A DNA stretch of 31,688 nucleotides from Corallococcus exiguus (GCF_051058965.1 NZ_CP183924.1), one strand, 5' to 3'. Shown: positions 9,101 to 17,900, counted from the stretch's first letter. The notes: generated from the sequence alone by a model not told the origin. Translations and numbers: made by a program.

Positions 9101-9955
9101 GAGGAGGCTTTCCACCAGATTCGGGGCCTCGATGAGTTGCCCGCTGGCGAGCGGGCCCGACTGCTCCTGGACTATCCGTTGGCTGAATTCCCAGGCTCGA
9201 CCAAGGACTGGGCTGCGGCCGTTGATAACGGCTTCTATGCCCTGTACGGGCATGCCGAGTTGGAGCGGCTCGCAGTCCAGTTGAGAAGCCCGCCCAAGCT
9301 GGAGTACTGGGGGTTGAAGCTCTTGGAGCGGCTCGCCGGGGATGTTCCCGCCGCCGCGGCGGACACCCTCCTCGCGCGAGTCCAGGATCCCGCGGTGGAT
9401 GCACTCGAACCTGGCTCTCACGAATTTCCCGTGCTTGCCAGGCTCCCGGCTGCCGAGCGTCAACGCGCCCTGTACACGCTGGGCGAGCTTTTTGAGCACG
9501 AGAACCCGCACACACGGTTCCACGCCAGGCGTTTCTTCTCCCTGCTCCATCGGAGCGATCCGGCTTCTGCCAGCGTGGTCCGGAGTCGCTGGCTCGAATC
9601 AGGAACGCCTTCCGATGTCGAACGAGCGCTGGGAAGCTTCGATGCCGCCGAACCTGAAGAGCTGTTCGACCATGAGGCTGACGTCACCGCCCTGCTGCGT
9701 GCTGCCGTGAGCCTGGGCCAGGAATCCCTGGAGAACGCCATGGCCATCCTGACCGGTGTCGCGATTCACGGAGAACGGCAGGGCAGCCCGGGCGAGCCCT
9801 TCCCGCGCGACGTCGCCATCCGCGATAGGGCACGCGGGCTTGCGGAGAAGTACGCACAGGGAACGGTGGAGGGGAATTTCTATCGCGAGGTCGCGAAGTC
9901 CATGGACAACGCGATTCAGCGCCGCATGGAGAGGGACGCGGAGGAGCACGTTTGA
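6155..9955 (+). CDS. DUF4062 - STAND (NB-ARC-like) P-loop NTPase - HEAT/ARM repeat protein
   Basis: The ORF is open from ATG 5978 (1325 aa). The recognisable DUF4062 domain begins at ATG 6155: MDTDRKTLFLSGTRRDLKPFFLAAKRAFE...TMESL...LIGRYFGTI...SLTEQEYDAA...LMFLTN. A GAAGGA lies upstream of 6155, while the GGAG before 5978 directly abuts the ATG, so I favour 6155 as the start. Walker A ILVLHGAWGRGKS, Walker B YALVVDDVHQ, and KLIVTTRTN (the hhhTTR of NB-ARC). The remaining 900 aa are helical repeats of HEAT type (LMRHPDARVREEAFHQIRGL, HENPHTRFHARRFFSLL). The stop TGA at 9953..9955 overlaps the TTG that opens the next ORF. Confidence 0.8.
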   Translation: MDTDRKTLFLSGTRRDLKPFFLAAKRAFEEELPGYQVVTMESLTSEDITSERWSHREAATRDLFVGLIGRYFGTIRGEGPSLTEQEYDAAGRAGVHRLMFLTNAGEPDVIASQDDSARRRLEEFRARIQTIVCKEISTPEEFATSAVQAVREWERRTLHGLLMSAKEFANSPEFSSPDSLMSHAHAYIDPGAPGRAVEEFLASQQRILVLHGAWGRGKSRVLFESSRRELPMELRFLKRDEELSHQRLKGVSGERYALVVDDVHQRSNDQLSALLLFLQNRAPEVKLIVTTRTNRRQEFEERLRGQRFASRVIRRFEVPLLSDKEQRQLIQAILGRKDEELAYRLAKRTRGNALATVLAARSIRNGAKVLGEIEGEDFEDSIIEGFFGLLLQQAGNSEDRHQHLKQLMKLLAVVGPFRPGNAEQMDALTGFLKTHPDRLSNDLDALEVAGLISRHGGLVRVPVDAVAEHLVVDAAVNSRGESTRYIERVMNELARPFLGNILRNLAAADWDVASPKSVASVTRGVWHVLPTLFERLPYVQQEGMLEAVADIAPRYPPAALSFAEWVVESGPHLMAREGPYLDLMRSIVRRHVTRLLRSVLNEPLCVSRACDLLWKWAEPESPDSNGWPENAEHILSEAGKYRWTRSIPSYEAFVTWAASRGDGERRIPTPRLAKYLRPLLHHEVEHSWSDGETFTLSEMGLPYAPFSALRKRVIDLLIHLASEGGIEDTHRALVALGDALSEPRGAFGRKVTDEERSAWAPEQQYVLERLRTFRGKRRNRVVDLCIVEEIEWLAKHASVSSIRALAWDFLNELQEALTGTLELALVARWKLGETQEVGARRIEGLVRAAAQQLIEPLVPPQEALEELRRVSLELVQAGKNPRVVNLFEAVARTSPEHGGIWSRVLLSQPGHLLRPYAHVLARGLLRPSPEEGKALFVSILDDGSADLLRNLSLWRLGGDVFDEKTLAVHLNRLMRHPDARVREEAFHQIRGLDELPAGERARLLLDYPLAEFPGSTKDWAAAVDNGFYALYGHAELERLAVQLRSPPKLEYWGLKLLERLAGDVPAAAADTLLARVQDPAVDALEPGSHEFPVLARLPAAERQRALYTLGELFEHENPHTRFHARRFFSLLHRSDPASASVVRSRWLESGTPSDVERALGSFDAAEPEELFDHEADVTALLRAAVSLGQESLENAMAILTGVAIHGERQGSPGEPFPRDVAIRDRARGLAEKYAQGTVEGNFYREVAKSMDNAIQRRMERDAEEHV

Positions 9956-10008
9956 CGCCTGAGCCGGTATCCGCAATACGTTCGCCACGGCGCACGGGAG
10001 GAGCAGCG

Positions 10009-10833
10009 ATGCGGGTGTTCATCAGTTGGTCCGGGGAGAGGAGCAGGGCCGTGGCCACGGCCTTGAAGACGTGGCTGTCGGACGTCTTCCACGATGTGGA
10101 GCCCTGGATGTCCGAGCACGACATCGACGCGGGCATGCAGTGGGGCACCCATCTCAGCCAGCAACTGGAGGCCGCGAACTTCGGCATTCTCTGCCTGACG
10201 CCGGACAACCTCGCCTCGCCGTGGCTGCTCTTCGAGGCCGGCGCGCTCTCCAAGTTCATTAAGTCGGCACGTGTCGTCCCCTACAGGCTGGAGCTCAAGG
10301 CGACGGACGTCAGCTTGCCCCTCGCTCAGTTCCAGGGGGTTGATGCGGATGAGTTGGGGACGCTCAAGCTCCTGCAGAGCCTCAACGGCACCCGTGAGGC
10401 TCTACTCACTGACGAACGACTCAAGAAGCTGTTTGACAAATGGTGGCCCGACCTGAAGCTTGCCCTGCAAGCCGTTCCCCCTTCCAGAGGAGTGCCCGCC
10501 CCCAAACGGACCGACAGGGCCTTGCTGGAAGAGATCCTTCAGTTGGTCCGACAGCAGGCCCAGGCATCCACCGATACGCCAATACACAATGAAGACACGA
10601 TCTACGGCCCTCCTCCGACTGACACCTCAGCCGAGTCCCAAAGAGTGCTGAGTGTGCCCTTGCCGCCGAACGAGCCCGGGAACTTGCGCGGGATGCGCGT
10701 ACGCCACGCGCAGTTTGGCCTTGGGACCATTGCTGACGTGGAAGGAGCGGGAGCCAATGCCAAGGTCACGGTGAGGTTCAGTGGGCCAGTGGGTCTCAAA
10801 AGAGTTATCGCCCAATTCCTTCAGCCCGCCTGA
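10009..10833 (+). CDS. TIR domain protein (TIR_2-like) with a small C-terminal domain
   Basis: The track ORF opens at TTG 9952. The better start is ATG 10009, preceded by GGGAGGAG at -7: MRVFISWSGERSRAVATALKTWL...GILCLTPDNLASPWLLFEAGAL. FISWSGE.S and SPW..FEaGal are TIR_2 signatures, and the conserved Glu sits in FEAG. The C-terminal 90 aa (RGMRVRHAQFGLGTIADVEG...VRFSG) are unassigned. Confidence 0.85.
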   Translation: MRVFISWSGERSRAVATALKTWLSDVFHDVEPWMSEHDIDAGMQWGTHLSQQLEAANFGILCLTPDNLASPWLLFEAGALSKFIKSARVVPYRLELKATDVSLPLAQFQGVDADELGTLKLLQSLNGTREALLTDERLKKLFDKWWPDLKLALQAVPPSRGVPAPKRTDRALLEEILQLVRQQAQASTDTPIHNEDTIYGPPPTDTSAESQRVLSVPLPPNEPGNLRGMRVRHAQFGLGTIADVEGAGANAKVTVRFSGPVGLKRVIAQFLQPA

Positions 10834-10885
10834 GTTATTCGCCATCAGGACTACGGCGCTCTTGTGGCCGACATCCACTGCCAAT

Positions 10886-13800
10886 CTACGAAGCGGCCTT
10901 CTCCTCTGACGGATGCTGGTTCGAAACCACTTCGCGTCTGGCTTGCAGTGCGGTCATCAGCCAGTACAGCTCGTCGACGACCTCAACGCTCCACTCCGAG
11001 GTGCGCTCTGCGATGGCATGGCGCAACACTCCGATGCGTACTGGGCGAACCGCGCTACGTGAACGCATCATCCGGATGAATCGGGCACGATCCTCTCTCG
11101 ACTCGAATCGCTCCAGCCACTGGATGATTTCTTCCGGCTCCAGCGCGTTTGCGCCTATCTGCTCGACCTCTTTCCAGAGCTTGCGTCTGCGAAGACGCGC
11201 CGGAAGGCCACGCTTGAACCACACGAATTTAAGCACACACACGACAGCTATCCACACGCCGGAAACCACTATCGCAAGATCCCATTGGCGTAAAAAGAAC
11301 CACCATGCCAACGATAGCATCAATCCGACACCCGGCAGGACGACAATCAAAATCCGCCCCCAAAGCCGCCATACAGAGTTTTGAACCAACCCAAGCCAAA
11401 ACGGATACAAGAACCAGGCTGTCGTCCACTTCCCCTTGCGGCAGGCGAGATAGACATAGGCATCCCAAGAAGCCACTGCGAATGCCATCGAGATAGCCAA
11501 GGACCCGGGGATTCCAACCAGTGCCGCACTGCACAGAAACGCCATGCCCTCCAGTCCCGCGCGCATTGCAACCATGAAGTCAAAGTTCTCCGGATCTTCC
11601 CCGGGGGCGCTCCCCTTTGCTGATTCTCTGTGCCTGTGCCAAGGCAACTGAACCAACGCCCAGAAGACGGACATGATAAGCCCAAACGGCCTGGTGCTTA
11701 CTCCCGGCACGATCGAGGCAGGAGGCTCGTATTGGAGGGACAGCACCAACGTGACCAGCAACCATCCGATGGACAAGCAGCTCCGCCCCCACGCAGCCCG
11801 TCGGAGCAATTGAACAAGCTGGATGAACCCACCGGAATCCGGCAGACGTGAGACCTCGGCCAACGTGCGGTGCCAGAGCCGCGACAACTGGCCTGACCTT
11901 TCACGCTCCACGAGCATGCCTCTCACCGCATCGGCGATTGGCTCGGGCAGACGCCGAAGCCAGGAGGCCTGCACGTAGGCAACATCTGCCAGCACCTGAC
12001 TCCGGCTGTCGAATGCCGAAATCAGCAAGCCCTCGAGCTCCGGCGCCGGAACGAGCCCTGCCACACTGAGCGCGTCACGCTGATCCACCAAGCTGCCATT
12101 GTTGTATGCGAGGTGGACCAACTCTCCAATCGTATCGCGGAGCGAAGTGGGAACTTCATGGAGGCGCTCGCGCAAGCCTTCCTGGAGAAGCTCGAGTAGA
12201 TGCCGGACGCCATCCGGCCACACTCTGTAGATTCCTCCTTCCAGCGCGTCCTCCTCCTGCGGCTCCGGGGCCGTCGAGGTCTGCTCTTCTGGCCCCTCAT
12301 CATCCGACTGCAAGAGCGCAAGCATATCGTCGAGCGTCGCTTCCGCCTGCGCGATTAGTTCCTCGAAATAGGGGGAACTCGCGGTCTGCAGCAGTACCAC
12401 GCACGTCTCGCGCCAACGGTAATCGGTGAACAACAGCTCCGTGGAGATACGTGCGGGCTCGGCTTGAACCCAGCGAGTGGCGAGGAACTCCTGGAACCGG
12501 CGGTGCACGAAGGCGAACGACGGCTGCCCTTCAGGGGCTGTCCCGCGCTTCGCGAGCCTGAGCTCCCCCAAGACCTCCAGGACGTCGGAGAGCGACTCGG
12601 CTGGCAGAGAACGGCGTCGGAGCGAATCCGCCAGTTCTCCATGTATCGGCTCCATTCCCAGGCCCGTATCCGCCGACATGCAGAAGGCCAGGGCCTCCGC
12701 CGCCTTCCGGACGTCACCCGGCGTGAGCCCGCGTGTCCTGAGCTCTCCCGCGTGATGGGACAGCCGCTGGTCGAGAAATCTGTTGAAGACCTCGTGCTGA
12801 TGGCCGGGAGGCTTGTTCTCCTGCGCGAACCACGCGCAAAGCATCGCCAACAGGAGCGGATTCGTTCCGAAGACCGGCAGCCCCTCCGCCGACGAATCCA
12901 GCCAGCCCAGCAACTGCTCCACCTTCCGGCCATAGTGGAGGTAGCGCTTCGTCAGCCTGGCACGCCGCGCATCATCGAGCGGGAGGATCCGGTATTTTGT
13001 CCACCCGAACCGGGTGGGCCCGCGAAAGTGGCGCGACCCCACCATGGCACTGCACCCAGGGGTCCGGACGATGAAGTCGTTCAGCGCATATGCGTAATCC
13101 CGGACCGCATTGTCGTCTCCGGTCGAGGACAATACGGCCGGTATCTCGTCGAAGGCATCAAAGAGGAAGAGCCACTGCCGGTGACTTGCAGGTCTGCCGA
13201 GCAGGTCACGAAGGAGCGCTCCATCTGCTCCCAACGAATCAAGAACGAACTGTCGGACAGCGTCAGCGTCGGGTCTGGCCTTCGGGCGAAAGCCGCGAAG
13301 TGGGAGATAGAGCACGATCCTGAAGGGTTGACGGCCTCTCTTCCGGACAGTCTCCATCGCCTCCTTGAGGAGTTCCCGCGCGACCTGTCTCAGGACAACG
13401 CTCTTTCCTGCCCCTGGAGCACCTTCGAGGATGATGAACCGCTCCCGAGAGCGGACCAACGCCCGCGCAAGCCGCTGCTCCCTGCGCAGGCGGCGTTCTT
13501 CGAACAGCCGAGGGAGCAGGGTCTTCTGCTCCTCGGACTCCACCTCGGCTTCGAGGTCGGTGAAGTGAGACTCGCGCCAGGACACCTCCACGGGAGCGGA
13601 CCAATTCTCTTCCCAATCCAACCGCCGGATGCGTTCCGCGTGGGATTGGAGGAACTGGAGCATTTCCGGCGGAGACTGCTTCTGGGCCTCCTGCTTGGAC
13701 ACGAGCCCACGGATCCATTGGGTGAGCTCGGCGAGTTTTCCTTGGATTTCCTCCGGACTCCGCCCGCTCCAAAGCGGGCTCCCGCCGTTCGGCCAGAGAT

Positions 13801-14143
13801 TGCGCGCTTCGAGCCCGTCAACCGCCTTCCAGTCGCAAGGTGAGAGTAGCACTGGGACGAGCCGAAGCGCTTCCTGACGGCTGCGCTCCAGCAGTCGTGG
13901 CAGCTCGTACTTCTGGATGAATTCCGAGCCCAAGAAGTTCTCGGAGATGAGCAGGACCGCGATGCTCGCGCACTCGATAGCCTCGCGAATCGCAGGACGC
14001 CAAACGTCGCCTGGATCCATCCGCTGATCGACCCATATCCGCGCGAGGCCCTGACTCTCCAGGACCCGAAGCTGTCTTACGACCTTGTCGAGTGCCTCCG
14101 AGTCCTGGCGTGAGTAGCTGATGAAGATGAGTGGCGAGTCCAC
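10886..14143 (-). CDS. TIR - NACHT NTPase - C-terminal 6-helix transmembrane domain protein (membrane-anchored NLR-like)
   Basis: The ORF is open to 14614, but its first 157 codons are low-complexity and antisense to an IS3 orfA. The TIR begins at a GTG (complement of 14141..14143): VDSPLIFISYSRQDSEALDKVV...VLLISENFLGSEFIQKYELP. NACHT motifs follow: ILEGAPGAGKSVV (Walker A), LFLFDAFDEI (Walker B), AMVGSRHF, GTNPLLLAML, and FAFVHRRFQEFLATRWV (the F.H...QEFLAA box). The last 300 aa carry six hydrophobic segments (CLSIGWLLVTLVLSL, FGLIMSVFWALVQL, MAFLCSAALVGIPGSLAISMAFAV, TTAWFLYPFWLGLV, ILIVVLPGVGLMLSLAWWFF, LAIVVSGVWIAVVCVLKFVWF) and a basic tail. The start codon is uncertain. Confidence 0.8.
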   Translation of the reverse strand: MDSPLIFISYSRQDSEALDKVVRQLRVLESQGLARIWVDQRMDPGDVWRPAIREAIECASIAVLLISENFLGSEFIQKYELPRLLERSRQEALRLVPVLLSPCDWKAVDGLEARNLWPNGGSPLWSGRSPEEIQGKLAELTQWIRGLVSKQEAQKQSPPEMLQFLQSHAERIRRLDWEENWSAPVEVSWRESHFTDLEAEVESEEQKTLLPRLFEERRLRREQRLARALVRSRERFIILEGAPGAGKSVVLRQVARELLKEAMETVRKRGRQPFRIVLYLPLRGFRPKARPDADAVRQFVLDSLGADGALLRDLLGRPASHRQWLFLFDAFDEIPAVLSSTGDDNAVRDYAYALNDFIVRTPGCSAMVGSRHFRGPTRFGWTKYRILPLDDARRARLTKRYLHYGRKVEQLLGWLDSSAEGLPVFGTNPLLLAMLCAWFAQENKPPGHQHEVFNRFLDQRLSHHAGELRTRGLTPGDVRKAAEALAFCMSADTGLGMEPIHGELADSLRRRSLPAESLSDVLEVLGELRLAKRGTAPEGQPSFAFVHRRFQEFLATRWVQAEPARISTELLFTDYRWRETCVVLLQTASSPYFEELIAQAEATLDDMLALLQSDDEGPEEQTSTAPEPQEEDALEGGIYRVWPDGVRHLLELLQEGLRERLHEVPTSLRDTIGELVHLAYNNGSLVDQRDALSVAGLVPAPELEGLLISAFDSRSQVLADVAYVQASWLRRLPEPIADAVRGMLVERERSGQLSRLWHRTLAEVSRLPDSGGFIQLVQLLRRAAWGRSCLSIGWLLVTLVLSLQYEPPASIVPGVSTRPFGLIMSVFWALVQLPWHRHRESAKGSAPGEDPENFDFMVAMRAGLEGMAFLCSAALVGIPGSLAISMAFAVASWDAYVYLACRKGKWTTAWFLYPFWLGLVQNSVWRLWGRILIVVLPGVGLMLSLAWWFFLRQWDLAIVVSGVWIAVVCVLKFVWFKRGLPARLRRRKLWKEVEQIGANALEPEEIIQWLERFESREDRARFIRMMRSRSAVRPVRIGVLRHAIAERTSEWSVEVVDELYWLMTALQARREVVSNQHPSEEKAAS

Positions 14144-14285
14144 GGTGCCGCACAGCGTACATTGTTCCGCGGCCTTCGGTGCACGCCAGCGCCGGGAACG
14201 GTGGAGGGGAGCTTCTATCGCTGGGTCGCGAAGTTTAGCGTCACCCACTTCTGTGGACGCCCCCGATGTGATGGAAGGGTGTTCG

Positions 14286-14597
14286 ATGTCGGAGCGCGAG
14301 AAGAAGAGGCGGCCGCGACGTAGCTTCAGCCCGGAGTTCAAGTCCGGGCCGGTGAAGTTGGTGCTGGAGGAGAGCAAGTCCGTTGCGGAGGTGGCGAGGG
14401 ACTTGGACCTGACGGAGACGGCCTTCCGTCGGTGGGTGGAGCAGGTCCGAACGGACCGGGGCCAGGGCAAGCCAGGCGCCCGCACCAGCGAGGACCGGGT
14501 GGAACACTCCCAGTTGCGCAAGCGCGTGCGGCAGCTGGAAATGGAGAAGGAGCGCCTAAAAACTGCGGCGGCCTTCTTCGCGAAGGAGATGAAGTGA
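14286..14597 (+). CDS. IS3-family transposase OrfA (HTH + leucine-zipper)
   Basis: [53 protein letters not shown]...[28 protein letters not shown] is the conserved IS3/IS911 OrfA pattern (R..YS.EFK...V.......VA.......L..WV). GGAAGGG lies 7 nt upstream of the ATG at 14286. The track ORF extends upstream to 14121 with no domain support. Confidence 0.75.
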   Translation: MSEREKKRRPRRSFSPEFKSGPVKLVLEESKSVAEVARDLDLTETAFRRWVEQVRTDRGQGKPGARTSEDRVEHSQLRKRVRQLEMEKERLKTAAAFFAKEMK

Positions 14598-14893
14598 AGT
14601 TCCGCTTCATCCACGTGGAGAATGCATCCCTGTCAGCCGCCTTCCTTTGTCGCCAACTGGGTGTCTCCCGTTCGGACTACTACGCCTGGGCGAAGCGGCC
14701 CGAGTCTCAGCGGCGTCAGCGCGACCGCGAGCTGTCCGAGGAAGTGGCGGCTATTCACCGGCAAAGCCGAGGTACCTACGGCAGCCCCCGTGTCCATGCC
14801 GAGCTGCGCGCGCGGGGCCGCCGCGGCTCGTCATCCACCTGGCTCCGTCGCGAACCAGTTCTTCTCGACACTCGCCTCGGACGTCGAGGCTGA
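14432..14893 (+). pseudogene. IS3-family transposase OrfB, N-terminal fragment (HTH_21 plus the start of the integrase core, then degenerate)
   Basis: In the -1 frame relative to orfA: [75 protein letters not shown] matches the OrfB N-terminus. After ARG it reads [13 protein letters not shown], not the expected V.HKRV.RLM motif, and no DDE core follows. Confidence 0.6.
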
Positions 14894-14937
14894 TATCGCC
14901 GCACACCTCCGCTTGGATTCGGAGCAAGAGGTCTGAG

Positions 14938-17900
14938 TCAGTCGAGCGCGGCCCGCACGTCCCAGATACGCACGACGTGGTCTCCTCCTGCCGTGAGGAT
15001 GCGTCCGCCATCTGGACTGAATCCAACCGAGGTCACCCCACCGGACCGACTGGAAAGGCCCACACGAAGCTCGCGCGCCGCGAGGTCCCTGATGAGCGTT
15101 GTCCCGTCCTCCTGCCCCACCACACAGTGCCGCCCGTCCGGGCTGAAGCTGGCCGCTGTCAACGCCCTCGTCGTTCGAGACGACATGACGATCCCCCCGG
15201 TGTCGGCATTCCAGATGTTCAGGTTGCCATCCGCACCTGCTGTCACAATGCGTGTTCCGTCCGGACTGAAGCTGGCCGCATGGACCCGGCCTTGGTGTCC
15301 CGAGAGGCGGGCCAGATTCCTCCCCGAGCGGACCTCCCAGAGAAGCACGCTGCCACCGTCGCCTCCGGTGACGAGGCGCTGGCCGTCAGGACGGAAACCC
15401 GCCGTGAACACCGCCTCGGTGTGTCCCGCGAACTCCCCGACGTGCTGTCCGGAGGTCGCGTCCCAAAGATGCACCCCGCCATCACCACTCGCGGTGATGA
15501 TGCGCATCCCATCTGGGCTGAAGCTGGCGGCGTAGACCGTATCCAGAGGACCGTGCAGGCGACCTACAGCTTTCCCAGAGGCGACGTCATAGAGCCAGGC
15601 CCACCCAGTCAGGCCCGCCGCGATGATGCGCTGGCCGTTGGGACTGAAGCTGACAGCGAATACTCCACCCGCCGGCTCTCCGGTCATGAGTACCAGGGAG
15701 GCACCGGTCCCCGCATCCCAGAGTTCCACGGAGTTACCATCGTTCCCGGTGACGACCCGCCCACCATCCGGGCTAAAGCTCGCAACGAGGGCATCAGTCG
15801 CCAGCTCAGTGACGAGCCTGGGCTGGCCCCCTCGCTTCCAGGTACGAAGCGCAGAAAGTGAGCCCAGCAACCGCTCCATCTGCTGCGCTGTTTCCTCCGC
15901 CTGGGCATGGCCGATGGAGCGTCGATATTTGACGAGGACTTCCAGCAGTTTCCTCACGCCCTCCGGAATGCCTTGCATTGCTCGCATCTGGCCGAGCCCC
16001 CATGAAGCCAGCGCGATGCCTCGGTCGTCACGCCATGAGCGAGCGACCTCAAGCGCTTCCTCATAGTGCGCCGCAGCCAGACGCGGTCCGTGTTGCTCCT
16101 CCGCGAGCGAGGCAGAGGCAAGCAGGGCATCCACTTCGAGTTGGATGTCCCCTTCGATTGCTGCCTTCGCTCGGGCGCTCCGAAAACCCTCGGCAGCCGC
16201 ATCCTTCCTGCCATCCTGCCGGTCGAGACGAGCAATCATGTAGTCGGCCTCGGCGCTCACCTCCCCATGGGCAAGCTCTTGCTCGGCGATCCTTAGTAGC
16301 AGCGAGTGGGCCTCATCCCAGTCGCCCTGTTCCGACAGGAACCGCACCAGCTTGACGCCCCCCCCTGCCGACGACCCGGGTTTGAAACCCACCCCCATAA
16401 AGGCCTCGCGGCACGACTTCACCGCCTCCTTCCCTTGTCCGAGCTGTGACTGAGCGACGGCTAATTCGAGAAGGAAGAACGCTTGTTCCAAACCGTACAC
16501 ACGGGTGTGCGATGATTCCACCAGAGGCTTGAGCAATTGCTCCCTCTCGCGTGGCGTCCAGCGCAGGCGGAATAGCCACGGGACTTGCATCACCGGAGCG
16601 CGGAGGAGCGACGGCACTCTGTCGGGAGGTCCATGTTGAATCCACCATCTGAGCGCCCTGTCGATGTTCAGGCGCTCCTCGTCGAGCGCCATGATAGCCG
16701 CAGCTCGCTCCTGCCCCTGGGGCTTATATCTTTCAGTAAGGCCGGTGAAGAACTCCAGGAAGTATGTGGCATGCCGCAGGGCCGCCTTCTTCAGGTCAGG
16801 AAACTCCTGCTCAGGCTCCGTAATCAGCCGCACCGGCCACCACAACGTATAGCGACCCGCTCCAGCGACACGAATCAGGCCCGCCTCTAGCATTCGCTGG
16901 GCTGTCAGCGGCCCCCAGTACCCTTCACTCGGCTCCTTTGCAGGAGGGCTCGTCTTGTCGAGTACCACCACATCGGCGGCTCGCAGGTCAAAGCTCTCCG
17001 GAAACACGGCGAGCCAGCGGGCACGATTCAACAGTGCGGCATAGAGCCCGATTCGAGTTCCCGATCTCACCCTGGCCAGCACCGCGCCAATTTCGCGCAG
17101 AGGTGTGGCGAGAAAATGGCAAATTTCGGCGAGCTCAACTGCCACGTCACCCACCCCTGGTGCGACTTCGGTCAGCAGGTGTACCGCGGCGAGGGGCGTA
17201 AGCGGCGCGAGCCTTATTGACTCGAACCTTTCTTTGATGAGGAGCGGCGCACGGGAAGTCACCATGAGGAACCCGGAGCCCCCCTGAGGGCGCAGCTGGG
17301 CGATTTCCTCCGAGATGTCACTGGAGCCCCAGCGCCACGTATCTACGTCTTCCAAGACGAGCGCCAGCCGTCGCTCGGACAGCAGATAGTGGAAGTGCGA
17401 GAGCCAGTCCCTCCGAGAACCGACCTGCTCTGGCGCAATCGCCTCAACCACCCTCCGTGCCACAACCTCTGCAGACATCACCGGACCGTTCGGAAGTCTT
17501 TCGATCTGAAAGCACCCATAGGGAAAATCGTGAGCTATCCGTGCGAGCACCTGCCGGGCCCATTGCGTCTTGCCGACGCCGGGCTCGCCCGTGACGTTGA
17601 TAAAAACAACTCCACCGCGAATCAACCTCCCGAGCAAATCGGCCTGCTGCTCGTGCAGCATGGGGCCATCCTCAGGCGGTGGAAGCAGGAGCAACGCAGC
17701 CGGCTCGGCGGGGGCGATGAGGTACTCATCTCCCTGCAACGTGCGCAGGCGCAGAAAGCCGGACACGAAGGGAAGCTGGAGGTGCTCTTGCGGGCGGAAC
17801 TCGAGTCTTCGCCATCGCGTCTCGTGGAGGGGAAACTCGTTCAGCAGCACAAGCAGGTGCTGAATAGTGAGTTGCTCGTTCTCGGGCCTGGCCGTGAGCC

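Larger units (their letters stand above)
14230..14900 (+). mobile_element. Decayed IS3-family insertion sequence (orfA intact, orfB truncated after about 100 aa); the ends are not defined
   Basis: orfA and the -1 frame orfB overlap in the usual IS3 arrangement. An A-rich CUAAAAACU run lies near the orfA 3' end, and the orfA stop overlaps the orfB frame (ATGAAGTGAAG). The orfB integrase core is missing, so the element cannot transpose. I could not assign inverted repeats; a TGTGGACGCCCCC at about 14249 is a possible left-end candidate only. Confidence 0.6.

Noticed and set aside
12464-13843. 459-aa plus-strand ORF antisense to the NACHT region
   Set aside because: No domain signature, and it is fully nested opposite the Walker A/B region of a clear NACHT gene.
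14144-14614. Upstream 157-codon extension of the TIR-NACHT-TM ORF
   Set aside because: The sequence is low-complexity (RS-rich) and antisense to the IS3 orfA. The recognisable TIR begins at the GTG at 14143, so the extension is probably non-coding or a relic, not an N-terminal domain. I kept it as an uncertainty in the feature evidence.
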